Positions 1 through 14,377 are shown, counted from the first letter of the stretch. The stretch: 64,000 nucleotides of DNA from Trichoplax adhaerens (GCF_000150275.1 NW_002060943.1:12028878-12092877), one strand, 5' to 3'. A program made the numbers and translations. Notes: generated from the letters alone by a model not told the origin.

Positions 1-2272
1 GATACTTGTACAATCTTATAATTCATTGTCGGATAGCATTTCAAGCTTTTATAACTGAAGAATTGTATACTGCATTGGTTGTATGCCTCAATTTGAATAC
101 ATCAAGTCCAATCTATTAGCGGAATGACAGCGAGTTGATGCAGTATAAATTATATGATTATTTAGTAACGACGATGAATCAAAGGCACAGGAAATGCCTA
201 CCATTGGTTACGATGACCTTTCTTCCGCATCTTCGATTTATACTGTAAAACACCTTCAAGTTTGTAGCATGAAATGTCTTGTAAATACTATAAAAAGACT
301 TGCAATTTTCTCCTTTAACTTGACTTAATCATACTCTATAAATCAACTTTCTGCCAGTATCATCTCCATTTATCTCTGGTGCTACTAGAATTAATTAATA
401 ACCATCATCGCTAAATACAGACCCGGGACCCGGTAGTGTAACTATCTTTCGTGAATAGCCACTTGTTTCGGGGTTGCAGTAGCTTTTCTACCTCAAGAAT
501 TATTCTGTGCTCGTACTGCATATTTGTTACTAATTTTAAAGGTGTCAGAATAAATTGATCGGATTGAAATGAGAAGGACATTTTACCGCTTATCAATCAC
601 GATTACTAAAAAAGCGCCAAAAATTCGAAAATCAGCAGTAAATTGTTTTCAAGCCTACAAGGCATTTAATAATTATCTTTGGCACGTTTATCAAGTCTAT
701 CTTATTCTAGACTTGAATCCTTGTTCCACTTTATTGCCTAAATTAGTTGCACAATTTAGCACTTGTTGTAATAATAATAATGCCATCTATTCGCTAAAGT
801 TCTGTATTACAGAACTGATCACATCCGAGAGATCTCTTCGAAGAAAAGACACTGAATCTAGCTTATACCCATGATCGAACTATGATATACTATTGCAAGC
901 TTGGATACCTTAAGAGGAATAAACAGTATTTACTACTTAATACGCATTGAAAGTATAGAAAAATGCCCATGGTTGTTGATAACCTATCGATCGAAATTCT
1001 CACAAGTACGCAACTTCCACACCTCAAGACTAATAATTAATTAATTGGTTTAGAATGGAATGGATATACACGCATTGCAAAGGACTACACAAAAGGCTTT
1101 TAGCCTAGTAGACAACAGGTCGATATGATATCACATTCGCTAATTTAATTGAGAACATTCGTCGGCTGCTGTTATCCCATTCTCTATCTCTATTCGTACT
1201 GTATTGTCATGTTTGGCCTATGGCAATAAGGAGAGCAGATAATTGATTTATAACGTTAATGATGCTGCTATAAAAGATGAAAAGTCACGAGTCATCGCCA
1301 TCAGAATGAATATTTAATTAGTTGTGGTGGACGAGAGAAAGTCTTCCTGTGCGTTGTGTTTCCACGCTTAGTCGTTGACGTTGGTACGAGGGACTTTGAT
1401 ACATTTCACCTAGTAGGCTTTCTAGAAATCACTTTTTATTTAGGATTTACTCCATTTAAATAAGTTATCGTATCACAACACATTCGGTGCAGCACAACAG
1501 GTTACTTTATTCTTCCTTATATAACACTCTGTACAATCCAACACCAACCAGGTTCCATGCTGCTCTAACGTAACTACCGTATTTTGACACCGATTGTAGC
1601 CTACTCCAAATATTTCAATTCTAGTTAGCAAACTATTTTCTCTACGGCTTCCATTAATTAATGGAGTATTTTTAGAACATACGCGTACGTAAGAAATGAA
1701 ATGAAAGAGATTTTCACCCTGGAAATAATTCAAGCAATATCGCATAGAGCGAAGTCAGTCAATTGGAGTAGATTAAATACGAGTATGTACAATTTTAAAT
1801 TAATTTTATTAGGACAAGACTTCGTGTCGTTTTGCTCATCGTCCTCTCTGATCAGAATTGTTAATTTATTATCCAATTTCACTCGAAATACAGTGAGATA
1901 GAACTACCTCATAGGGAAGATTTGAAGTAACAAACTTGCTAGTAGATCAAAGGCTTTCGTAAATAAACATCAAGTTAACATATTCTATTATAGTAGAAGA
2001 AGAAATAAATAAATAAATAAATGAATTGTGTGTACACTGTACAATCTAAATATACAGAGCGACCATGATAATGCTTTCATGGTATGTGCTACGGACTGAC
2101 TATTCTGCATAGAAGATACTATGCCATCTTGTACAGTTTCCTAGTGCAAGAACGACGCAAGGTAGTATTTCCTATAGTAGATGGTAACCTTCCGGTGCAG
2201 AAAGGCAGACGCACGCTCATACTCCTAAATTAGTCCTAATTGGAGGTTGGAGTAGACAGCGAATGGTGCAGC

Positions 2273-5200
2273 ATGATGAAATGCAATAATCCAAATGCCA
2301 AGATTTTCGTTGTAAGAGAATTACCACCAGAATCAAGGCAACATTTACTTTCTAGTGGGTATGACTAAGCAACTAAAGGATATTGTAGGATACGAGTGTG
2401 CCCTAACGTTTACTGATGGCAGCTTATTGCAAATGAATATGATATTCATGATCGAGTGGAGCAAAGCTCGATCATAGAAAACGATAGCGTTAATATATCT
2501 TCTTGAAGTCTTCTTATGCTAGTGCAAATTCCTTTTAATACGATCGTTAACAAGACATTGCCTAGAATACTATAGAATTGCCACACCATCTATCATCATT
2601 CCAGTATGACTGGCATAATATCTACTTCATTTGTACGTTGAAATCTACACTAAACATATCGTTATAGGCCATCTTAGTTTGATTTTATATACTGTAGAAT
2701 TGTAGAGCTCATTCTAAAATAGATCTTGCTTGTAGAATACAATATTGTGCAACTGTCGAGAGAGGGGCACATTCCGATCATATGATTGTATAGTTTTGCT
2801 ACAAGAGTAGATAAAGTAAAGGTCAACACGAAATCATAGTCTTGTCATGTTGTATAATTTTGGGTATATTTTTATACGTACAAACGTTATCACCTATTAA
2901 ATAGAAAATTCAAATGTATAACTTAATATTCAACTTCATGTCGGTTTATTTATTTCATTAAACAGCCTCATGTTGCTAGTCTCAGGACTGCACCTGATCT
3001 GATGTACTGTAATATCGTAGTCAATCATGGTAGATTTATTTATAACCGCTTACGAAAAAGGATCGCTGATCGTTGGTTAATCATGATCGATTGTAGGGCA
3101 GAGATAGAAATTCGTGATGGGACAGATAGAATCTCACGGGAAGAGTTAATACGTGGAGTTGCTGGCTGTCATGGCTTACTATGCACTCTAACTCATCAGA
3201 TTAATAAGGAAATTTTAGATGCTGCTGGTACGTATTATGTTACAATTATAACTGAACCGCGATTTAATATAATTAAAGTGTATCAAATCACATATTTATC
3301 GCCAAGGTCCTAATTTGATGACGATTAGTACAGTTTCTGTTGGATTCGATCATATCGATATCGAAGAGTGTAAACGAAGGTTAGTTATACTAGCCTATCT
3401 TGAAATGATCGATATGCACTGCACTTACTACACTGCTACAGTAGTTTCTCAAAATCAAATTAATCCTTAATCAACTGGCTCACATCTTAACTTGTGGAAC
3501 GCTATGATAATGAATTAATCCAGGCATTTTCTATTCTATTCAAACTAGAAATATAACCGTAGGACATACACCAGCAGTACTCACTGAAGCTGTGGTAAGT
3601 ACTGTGTTATATATTTCCGAATAATCGTGGCTGTACTTCTATTTCATTTGGGAATATAGTGTATCGGATGCTTTTTATAAGCACGGTATAAAGAGGATTT
3701 TAGTGAAAGCTACTACCAACATTAGCTTAATTCTGTCCTCTAAGCTAATTAAATCACTTTTAAATTTCCAAGCTTAATGTTGCAATAACACCTCTAATGA
3801 CCAGATGCATGTAGGTATTGAAATTTTAACAAATGCACGTATAAACAACATTTACTGATGTTATTGCAGGCGGAGTTAACGATAGGACTATTGCTTACGA
3901 CGGCCAGACGTGTTCGTGAAGCGCTGTCTGTTGTTGAAAGGTACATCCCAAGTTATCGATGTTTTTAGATTATAAAATGGGTATCTTTTTCATTGCATTT
4001 TTACAGGCAGAGGCTACTTATCAATCCGTACGATGTAATCGCGTTATTTAGCTTACCCTCCATCGCATTAAATTTAAAATTTTAAAATTTATATCATTTT
4101 ATTTAGTGGCTCATGGTGCTCATGGAAGGTACTGTGGTTATGTGGAACGCAGTTATCAAATAAGGTTGTTGGGATTGTTGGACTTGGTAGGATTGGTAAG
4201 TGATTCAAATTCAAATGTCCACGATGGTTTATAAAGCAAAATGTCGTCAGTAGATTTGAAAAGTAATTTTCTTAGCTACTTTACTACAACCAAATCTATT
4301 CATTTAATGTGACTATATCACGATCTAATATGCTTTTATGGTGGATTTCCAGGTCTTGCTGTTGCTAAACGCTTACTTGCCTTCAACGTGAACAAGATCT
4401 TATATACTGGCCATTCTGAAAAGGCTGAAGGTAATGCACATGATGCATCTAGACTATTCCTTTATTTTTTAGGGTTAAAGACTATAGGCTAATATGGCTA
4501 CTCGCTTTAATAATTTTTTATAACTATTTATTCTTCTACCTTCGAGCATGTTCCGTTTTTCGCTCGGCCTTTAAATATTACAGTATATGTACTATTGTAT
4601 CTTGCGTAAATTTTGAGGCTTGTTTCAGCGAGGTGAATTTCCTTGCCATAGCAAAGCCTCTAATTGATTGAGAAATAGATTAAAAGCTAATATATTCCAA
4701 TTATGGTATTTGTGTCAAGTATACTAAAATAAATCCACTACGCTAACGAATGTACAGTACAGTGATTTGAGGATATTGTAATCAGATTTACATAAAATGT
4801 TGCGAATTACGTTACACCCAGATTCTATTCCTATGCACAATCTGCTATCTAATACTGCAGGTATTGCACTTACGAATTCAGATACTTAGCATAGTGTGTG
4901 GCGGCCTATTCGAGTATTTAATAGCAGTTGCCAGATCATGCAATGCATTACTGTAATGCATTGCATGCTATTAAAATGCGTACGCATTTGCCAAGTTAGT
5001 GTATCAACATATAGTAACATTCTTCTTTCTTTTACGCTCATGATTATAATAAATTTGATTCTGGGCCGCATTTCTTCAGCCAAGGAAGTCGATGGTCAGT
5101 TTGGTAAGAAGGCTACTCAACAATTATAATTAATCAACTGTAATTGATAGTAAAAATTTTTACGTTTATAATAATGCTACAAATTGTTACTAAACCGTAT

Positions 5201-6182
5201 ACCAATGATTGTCGGATATTACGTGTAATGATAATTTGAACATCGAGTGACTTTGTCCGATACTGATGCAACTCTAACTATTGCCCCTTCAGTTGATTTT
5301 AATACTTTGCTGCATCAATCCGACATTATCATTGTTTGCTGTGCGTTAACACCTGAAACAAATGGTCAGTAAAAATCAAATGATGGCATCGCAAGCCAAT
5401 ATTTGTATAAATAACATTAGGCTATCTCGTATTATCATGTAGGACTATTTGGAGAGAGTGCTTTTGCTGCAATGAAAAAAAACTGTATTTTTATCAACAC
5501 AAGCAGGTAGGCGTGGAAGTATTATAAGAGTATGATGATGAAAGAAAAAAACTATGCGGGTTCTCAAGCCCTTGCTACGTATTCTTGAAGTAAAGCTATT
5601 TATGTAACTTGAATCATTACGCTTTCCAAATTGAACGTTACGTCGTTTTTTGATGTTATAGAGGCAAAGTGGTCAATCAAAGTGATCTATATAATGCTTT
5701 AGTGTCGAATGAAATCCAGGTATACCCTTGGCTCTTAGCATTGATTTTAATCTAAATAACGTAGCAGTAGCCAGATGAGATGATATTGTCACTATTACAT
5801 TAACATTATCCATACGTGCATACATGATGCTGCATTCAATTTCATGCTGATAAAGTAACTAAAGATCACGCTATCTCTGATTTCAGGCTGCTGGCTTAGA
5901 TGTCACAACTCCAGAACCCCTTCCCGTAGATCATCCACTCAAGAAATTAAAAAACTGTGGTACAAATGCCTTTACTTTAACTTAGCAACTATCCAATCCC
6001 GTTAATGATAGTAAATAATGCTCCTCCATTCTTCTTAATTTATCACTTTTCTTAAATGATTAGTAATATTTCCTCATCTTGGGAGTGCCACCATCGAAGC
6101 AAGGAATGAAATGTGGACCATTGCCGTACGAAATTTGATCGCAGGATTGAACAATGAACCACTACCCCATCCAGTTTATTAG
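2273..6182 (+). CDS. GRHPR: Glyoxylate reductase/hydroxypyruvate reductase (D-2-hydroxyacid dehydrogenase family), 13 exons: 2273-2358, 3097-3227, 3307-3379, 3549-3594, 3870-3940, 4107-4195, 4353-4430, 5080-5103, 5293-5364, 5443-5506, 5662-5719, 5887-5959, 6064-6182
   Basis: Manual GT-AG splicing gives one open frame: [18 protein letters not shown]...[13 protein letters not shown]...[23 protein letters not shown]...[26 protein letters not shown]...[21 protein letters not shown] (Rossmann GxGxxG)...[14 protein letters not shown]...[16 protein letters not shown]...[13 protein letters not shown]...[10 protein letters not shown]. These motifs match GRHPR as I recall it. Confidence 0.93.
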
Positions 6183-6904
6183 ATGGCAAACTGATGACCT
6201 ACATTGGTGTTGGATGATGTGTAGATTATCTCGAAATCTAGACTATCAACATTTAAATCTCGTGTCGTTGCAATGCAATCCAAACATTGCTAATTATTAT
6301 GCTAATAGTCTAATCCAATTTTTAACATGAATTAATTATCACGACGTGAGCATCTTACAAATGCCAAAATTTACATTTTTATACAAGATTATGCCATGCT
6401 ATATCGAAATTGACCGCATTAACATATTACAATATGATACATGCAATACATAGCGAAATACGCGTAGTTGGGCCTTTTTAAGTACAGTATAATTATAACG
6501 TACATCTTACGCATTGTTACTTTGAATTAATTTTGCTTTAAAATGATGACCTTTTTGCTTTTACTATATAAAAACTTGACATATGTAAGTACTATTTACA
6601 AATTCATAGTAAAATATCAAGGTCGATTAAAATCAGTAACAATCTCAAAATATGATCTGGTCAAATCCCATTTCATACGGTACTGTCGATCACTATAGGT
6701 ACAGCATTTGTAACTTATCGTTTAACACCCATATGCCATATATACTCGTATGAATCTATATTTTCAATGTCGGACAATCGCAAATAAAGTCCAAAAATGA
6801 AAAATGATCAATCTAACTAGTGAAATAACACTGCTAACAAATTACAGTCCATGGCTGGTAGCTACATACGCGTCTGATAATTGATATCGCATCTGTAATC
6901 GTTT

Positions 6905-7639
6905 CTATCGCTTGTCCTTGTAGCCTTTTATACTGACCGGAACCTGAAACCAAATCATATCATTCTTGTCCGTTACTTTCGCATCAGCTGTATTCTTTTC
7001 TGGCTTTTGCAAGTCCGGATGTAAGACTATATCAATAATGAAGGGCTTTAATTGCGATCGTAGTTTAAAATCTTGCCTCGGTAATAGCCATGGGATGTTG
7101 GTATAACGAGGTAGCTTGATAAATAGAAATAAATTGGTGACAGGAAATGATTTGCACATTGAAAAATCTTCATGAGTCGATAATTTCAACATTAACTGAC
7201 GTGAAATGACTTCTGGCTTGGGAAATGGTAAATTTAAAACAATCTGATCCTCCCTACAATCAAAATTGATACGATAAACACATTTAGGGCTAAAGATTGT
7301 TGGACCAAGCAAGACTAACATTTCCTGTATAACATTAGAATCGAATATTGGACTAAGATGTAAACTCAATTCCTCCAAGGCTGTCAACAAATTGAGCAAA
7401 GGTTTGGCTGATTGATTAGGCAAGCCTCGTTTATCGTCCTTGTCTTTATCAACGACTGGCTTTTCACGAGCTAACAATTCAATAGGTGCAGGAATCTGAT
7501 GCCGATGATACAACACAAGCTGAATAATACCGGTGACAAGCTTTGTCTTCGTTTCAGCATCCCATTTTTGGCTTTCAAATTGGACATGTTGATTATGGTC
7601 CTGGCTGCTTCTACCAACATCGCCTGCATCAGTCATCAT
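6905..7639 (-). CDS. MAD2L1BP: MAD2L1-binding protein (p31comet, HORMA-domain spindle-checkpoint silencer), single coding exon
   Basis: ORF 6905-7642; its first codon is TTG and the first ATG is at 7639. Motifs IIQLVLYHRHQIPAPIELL, LVLLGPTIFSPKCVY, LLPRQDF and C-terminal DMIWFQVPVSIKGY resemble p31comet (LYQRQQLPLP, LLGGNALSPKEFY, YIWFQAPVTFKGF). Confidence 0.85.
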   Translation of the reverse strand: MMTDAGDVGRSSQDHNQHVQFESQKWDAETKTKLVTGIIQLVLYHRHQIPAPIELLAREKPVVDKDKDDKRGLPNQSAKPLLNLLTALEELSLHLSPIFDSNVIQEMLVLLGPTIFSPKCVYRINFDCREDQIVLNLPFPKPEVISRQLMLKLSTHEDFSMCKSFPVTNLFLFIKLPRYTNIPWLLPRQDFKLRSQLKPFIIDIVLHPDLQKPEKNTADAKVTDKNDMIWFQVPVSIKGYKDKR

Positions 7640-9014
7640 CAATTCTTACTGGATCAGCTACGATCGAATGGATCTTTCAATAGAACGGACAATAATTCTT
7701 CCGATCAATTAATCCAATTTTTCAATTACGATCGGCGAATGATTACTAACTATCTTATGTACAATGGATAGAATTTCATCGGTTATTGCCAGCATATGGA
7801 AATGATGATTTTCAAATCGAGCGCCATTAAAACAGCGAGCTAATGGTATGTGTTGGATTTAGCGGTGGACGGACGATTCCTATGTCATCATCGCCTGTGG
7901 AATCATTGGTTACGAATATATAGGAAGCTAGCCGCTGTTTCATACATAACTGCGATGGCAAAGGAAAGAGTACAAAGGACTGTAATCTACAGTGAATTGT
8001 ACTGTACACTGTATTTCCCCGGGCTGTACAGACGTCTGTACGTCTGTGTCTTGGCCATGGCCAAAGCTGGTTAAAATAGGGCTACATTACCAAATCATAC
8101 TTAGCGCATACTACTTTACTATGCAGTTGTGAATTATTGCTCACTATGAGACCCTTGTGTCTGAAGGAGTACTACTCTGACTATACAGATATAAGAAAAA
8201 GAAGCCATCGCTTGACATCGACAACAATTACTATTAGTATACTGATGACACAGCTAAAACGCCATATATTAACTAGTATTTAATGATCATTTTAGAGTCA
8301 GTATAGCATTGCATTTCAACTTTCAGACATTGTCTGTGTCGATAGTACAGTACCCCAAAGAGTAGCCAGCAAACTAGAGTATAGTATAAGACGAGAGCCG
8401 GTGATGGAGAACGCTCTCCTCTTCGCCAGCTGTAAAGACTTGAGAAACTTCATGCCATCTAGCTCGCTAATGGCGTAGCCAGTTGGAATATTAGAGTAGT
8501 TGTAAACTAGAGTTTAGTAAGCTGGAATCGCAAATCTTTCTACTATTAGTATTGTAGACTAGGAATACCACTACATAATTGTCCATTAGTTGATGATTGG
8601 ATAGTTGTTGGCGTTAAAAATATCCGATAGTGCAACTTCATCGAGTGGTCCAGTACTGTTGTGGAGAATTGAGGCCTGAGCCATCGTCAAATCATCGATT
8701 ATTTGATTTTGATAGCATCGAAATATTCCAACATTGCATTTGTTGGGGTTACCAAGCAATCACGTATTTGCAGATGCATCTATAGGAAAGGATAAAGGTA
8801 ACCCCAGGAATTTGACTTGTTTATGCGACTCAACGTTATCCAATTTTCTATTCTCCGTAAAGCAAGTACTAGAATTCAAGCGATCCGCTACCATTCCTGC
8901 ACGACAGTTGTTCCAGCAATAATTATTCAATTATAATTCATTGGCCTTTTCCAATCGAGTTGAACGACTAACGCAATCAAAAATAATCTGTGCTTAGTGG
9001 TACAGTACGTAGCA
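7640..9014. promoter_or_regulatory. Putative shared (divergent) promoter region of MAD2L1BP and NAA30
   Basis: The two start codons are head-to-head and 1.4 kb apart. The interval contains perfect palindromes at 8026-8041 and 8051-8064. No transcription-start evidence is available. Confidence 0.3.
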
Positions 9015-10187
9015 ATGGCAAGTAATGAGAACAATGTTAGTATCCAGCCTCAAATTGACATGGATATGTTAAAGATACGAGATGATGATGCTGAAGACAA
9101 CAGTTTAAAGCAAGAATCACAACTTGATTACGTAAGCTATGAATCAGAGTTGCAAATGCCTGATATTATTGAACTTATAACCAAAGATTTATCTGAGCCG
9201 TACTCCATTTATACATACCGTTACTTTCTACATAATTGGCCTCGTTTGGCTTACTTGGTAAGATAATGCCACTGACTTAGCTAAGAGACAATACTATTAT
9301 TCTTGACTGATTTATGTGGACAATTCCTTAACGCATGTCCGAATAAGCGATTTAATAACAGAATCTAGAATGCATAACTGTTAGTCTTGAACTGTTTTTA
9401 AAATCATGACTATTCTCGAAGAATACCAAATTGACTTCAATTCAATTTCTAATCCGTTTAGGCTATGGTGGATTCCAAATGTGTAGGAGCGGTCGTTTCC
9501 AAGTTAGATATGCATAAGAAAACTATTCGACGTGGCTATATTGCCATGCTTGCTGTAGAAAAAGATTACAGAAAGCGAGGAATTGGTAAGACCAACAAAT
9601 CAATCATCAACTTTCGTGTTACTACTGTAGAAAGTAATAGACAATAGTTTAACAAACTGCTGTACTTAGAAAAAATTCTTAACAGTAAATAGAATATTAT
9701 CAGATAGAACGTTGACTGCTAAATACAACAAGCGTTACGACCATCAAGTTTATCAGCAATTTTTATGTTACTACAACAGACAGTCGTAAGCAATAATTGA
9801 ACGTACTACCGTAGTTACAAAAATTCCGAACAATAAATAGAATACTGCCAGAAAAAATATTTAGCACTCTAAATGGCGTCTTTTAATTTCTAGGATCAGA
9901 ATTAGTTAGTCTAACAATTGAACAAATGATAAAAGAAGGATGCGATGAGGTGAATATAAACTGCACATGAAACATGATATTATATTAGATCACAGATATC
10001 CTGACTGCTATCAAAAATTAAGGAATAACATATGCTATCACTTTTATAGGTTGTCTTGGAAACTGAATTATCAAATAAACCAGCTTTAGCACTATATGAA
10101 AATCTAGGATTTGTTCGAGATAAACGCCTCTTTCGTTATTATCTAAATGGTAGGGATGCCTTTCGTCTAAAACTGTGGTTGAACTAA
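9015..10187 (+). CDS. NAA30: N-alpha-acetyltransferase 30 (NatC catalytic subunit, Mak3 homolog), 4 exons: 9015-9257, 9462-9585, 9894-9949, 10050-10187
   Basis: The spliced frame contains [43 protein letters not shown] (GNAT acetyl-CoA motif), [48 protein letters not shown], which are diagnostic for NAA30/Mak3. Confidence 0.95.
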
Positions 10188-11078
10188 AATGCGAATTCTT
10201 TACCCTATTTATCCTGGCTATTAACCATTGGGCTAGCATTCAACATCAAAAATAGCACCTAATGTCTGAAAATTTTAAAAGTACTGTATCGACTTGTTCT
10301 ACTATTTTACAAATTTTGCATCTATTTGGAGGTAACAATCTTATGGTAGAAAGTATCTAAGTACATAAGGCATTACCAGCTTGTGTATAATGCGCAAAGG
10401 TAGCGGCAACAGACATTCGTCTTTCTATTCTTGAGATTTATATATTGCTACGGGCATCTTCTTATGTATCTGGTATGTTCAATTGTTGTTAGATATCATT
10501 TAAATGAGGGGTATACATTAACCTTTCTCTTTCCTATGATGTTTTAATTAGTTTGGCTATGATCAAATAAATTATAACACACTTCTCCAGTTACAATAAA
10601 ATATGCACAAATGCGGTTTGCAAACTCTGTCATCAAGAATGGTATTACTATCAGATTACGTAAATCAATAGGTAAAATTAATAAATAATTTCGATGCTGA
10701 TCAAAAATCTAGAAATACATAATGTTCTCACAGTTGATGTCACTTAATTATTAAAGATGAAACTTTATACTTCTTCATTGATAATTTCCATTATACAGAA
10801 TACCTATTAACATTCAATTCCATTTACATTTATTGGACGTACTCTGAAATTTTCTACACAGTACGAGTATATTGAATAATTACCAAATAAAAGTAAACGG
10901 TAAATGATAAAAACTCTTTGTAAATTTATCGTATTTTCTATCCTACTAAGGATCGTTGACATCCCATCGTTGCATCCTATGATAGCGCCAGACATGAGTT
11001 AGGTGCAATACAAAGGCAAACTTGTACTTTACATATAGCAAATAAATTAAAAGCGTAATTGTGGAATTGTTCAATTAA

Positions 11079-14000
11079 TTATCGATATTCCGCTTTCAGG
11101 CAAGCCGCAATCGTATTCAATTGAATATTGCTTGTTCCTTCGTATATTGTTGCTGCAAGAATAAAGTTGATACACTTTTATTAAGACAACACATGACAGT
11201 TTTTATGGTAGACCTCATTGTAATCTTTGAACTTAATGTCTAACAGAATGGTAATATAGAATCAGATCAATGGAATCAAATATGAAAACTAGATACTCCT
11301 TTGCACTAACAAGCGATAAAGCAAGTTTTTCATGCTTTACTGACCTGCCACTAAATCTCGTAAAAACTTTTCCACTGGCATTTCTTTCATATATCCTAAA
11401 GCGCCTAGCCATTTAATGCCTTGTATGCAAACTTGACAAGCAACCTCATTAAATAAATCAATCTAAAGTCATTAAACTTGCAAAGAAAACATTTTCGTGA
11501 TAAAAATAATGATAATGATGGTAAATGAAAACGATCGGTATTTTTAAGGGCTCCCTTTCGATATAGTTAAGGAATGATATTAAAGTCATCATTAAAGCGA
11601 TCTAGTTACCTCTGTAGCAAAATATTTGGCCATTGAGGCTTCCTTAACGGACGGCAATTTCTGATCAAGTAATTTAGCAGCATTGTAATACAGTAATCGG
11701 GCAGCCGTCACTTCGACAGTAGCTTGGGCTATCTGATGTTGCATAGCCTTTCAAATCGACAATAAATTGCGGGCTTATTATTCTTTTTATTCTTAAAATG
11801 AGGCTATATTTTATATTGCAACATAGTTATAAAAGCTAAAACATGAGCAAGTTGTTATTAAATAGTTGCTATTATAACCTGAAAATCGAATAGACGCTTT
11901 CCAAATTGTTTCCTTTCCATAACATAAGGGATAGCAATGTCTAGAACCCCTTGAGCACCTCCGACTGCCTAATTTATAAATTTAAGCGTATAAAGTATAA
12001 TAGTCATACAAATAACCAACATTTATTAGACGTAAGTACAACGAGCGATATGATTTTTTTCTGGGTTTTAAGTTAAAATTTCTAACTAGATGAAAATATC
12101 TAGAGTACTCATTCCATCTATTACTTACTTGTGCAGCGATACCAATTCTTCCATCCGTTAGGGCATTAGCCATAATTTTGTAACCACCACCCACATTTCC
12201 GATAATGTTACTAGCAGGGACCTAAACATTATGTTTAAATCAATGATAGAGATTAAACTATCACATCCTAATTAATCTATAAACAGACATTCAATCACGA
12301 TAATTTGTTTCAATACAATATTAGCCGTTCATCTTACCCTGACATCATCCAACATCACTGGACAGTTTGAAACTATGTTTAAACCCATCTATACAGTAAT
12401 GAACAAAACATGCTATTAGCCAAGAATTTCAAAGTTAAATTAACAGATTTATTTTAGATCCTTGACTAATATTGATACGGTAAATGGAGTTTTATTTAGA
12501 TTGGCTAATAGATAGTATCTTAACAGGTTTCCACTAGTAGATTTATCGTTGCAACTTGCAAGAGCTGCTATCGAATTAAATTTTACATACCTTCTGTTCG
12601 TTTCTTGGTACAGATAGGCCCGGAGTCCCAGCATCAACAATAAAACATGTAATTCCTTTATAACCCTAAAGATTGACGAAATTCACTCTCAATAAGAATG
12701 TAAAGAGTTCCATTTTCCTCCTTCATAACGTCTATTACGGATGTAAATATTAACTTTTGTACCGTAGCATTAGTCAAACTCAATGATCACTTATAGATAT
12801 TGCAAATAGTTTACTTTAATGTGAGACGTAACGTCCAATCCATCATTAAACAGTGACCTCAATAAATTAATCAAATTGTTCCAATTTACCTGCTCAGGTG
12901 CAGCGTTAGCCATAATGAGATAGAGATCGGCTTTTTCAGCGTTTGTTATCCATAATTTTCTACCATTAATTACATAATCATCTCCATCAGGAACAGCACG
13001 CGTTTGTAAAGAAAAGGCATCGCTACCAGAGTCGGGTTCCGAAAGGCAAACGCTAGTAAACTACAATGTATCGGTATAGGTACTTTAAGCCACAACACAG
13101 TTAACTGATCTAGCTAACACAGATTCATTTATGACCTATTTTTATCATTTCCAGACAGTAAAGTTAATAATACCACTATAGCAACGACACTCCGTATCAC
13201 TGATGCTCGCTTAATATATACGCGTATATCAGCATCTATCCTATAAGATATATCACATTAGTTACCATTCCTTTGGCTATTCTTGGTAAGTATTCTTGTT
13301 TCTGTTCTTCGCTAGCGTAGCCAAGAATAATTTTACTTGTCAATGTATTCTGATAACCAAAGCAAGAACTAAAACCTGGATCAACTTTGCAAACTTCTTC
13401 AGCAATGAGCAAAAGTTGAAAGAGACTACCGCCAGAACCACCGTATTCAGGCGGAATTCGGAAACCAAACCACTGACAGTAATAATAGACAATGTAGAAA
13501 GATAGTAAGACTAATCTAAAATATTGACCAGGTTTGCACATCAATACGGACTATTTCTTCAATCCTATCGAATCAATGCGATCTAATCGATAACAGATGA
13601 TGCTTACCCCAAGCTTGCCCACTTCCTCTAGCAAATCTTTTGGAAACATTTTTGTTTCTTCCATTTCTCTTACTCTAGGAGCAATCTTCTCTTTACTAAA
13701 TCGAGCAGCTTTAGTTTGAAAGCAAGAGCAAAATTTGAATCCTATACTACCATCACATGAATACTCCTTCAACATAAACGTAATTGACCAATGGATGCTT
13801 GAACAGTATATGCATTTACGAGATAATATCAGTTGATTTCAAGAACCGTATGGAGATAGAAAGGATAAGTTTAACCAAGACTACTCGTAGCTTATCGTTT
13901 ATTTACTTAATTAAGGTTTACATGCTGTGATTACATTTAACTCCTATTCGTCACTGGCATTTACTACCGTACTCTATTCCAGTAGTTTTCGAAACATTTT

Positions 14001-14377
14001 CACTAAATAAATCAATCAAATTAAAATCGTGATCGAGTTTTAGTAGTTTTCCTATCTTCCTGTTATACTTTCGTTAATGCTCGACTCTATGCTTAATAGT
14101 CTGAATGATAGCGACGAATCTAGTATTCAATAATCTTGATGTATCAATTTAATACCAAATCGAGGAATAATTCTAAATAAGTTGAAGATGAGCAATTAGT
14201 ATTTCAGTATTTACCGTTATCTTTTATCATCTGTTCTTCTTCAGATAATTCTACTAACGGTAGATTAGAATGAAAGGCTTGCTGGTAATTGTTGTAGTAA
14301 TAGCACGATGATGATAGTTTGCTATAACGAGATAAATACAGTCCTGTACGTTTGAATATCTGCCTGGTTACGAACAT
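11079..14377 (-). CDS. ACADSB: Short/branched-chain acyl-CoA dehydrogenase, mitochondrial, 11 exons: 14377-14215, 13708-13608, 13472-13266, 13060-12890, 12665-12591, 12388-12338, 12221-12129, 11968-11879, 11747-11610, 11444-11345, 11152-11079
   Basis: The spliced frame begins with an Arg/Ser-rich presequence ([20 protein letters not shown]), then [102 protein letters not shown]. It ends in [15 protein letters not shown] (catalytic Glu), which is typical of the ACADSB subfamily. Confidence 0.88.

Noticed and set aside
1-2200. Short ORFs (411-596, 569-874, 1473-1745, 1701-1901) and exon-like segments on the minus strand (e.g. 242-202)
   Set aside because: No recognisable protein motif, and I could not chain them into a consistent spliced frame. 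A divergent gene upstream of GRHPR cannot be excluded.
4886-5129. ORFs 4886-5083 (-) and 4896-5129 (+)
   Set aside because: These are GRHPR intron 7 sequence; only 5080-5103 is coding.
7499-8922. Short ORFs 7499-7771, 7827-8009, 7850-8074 and 8734-8922
   Set aside because: They are antisense to MAD2L1BP or lie in the promoter interval, with no homology cues.
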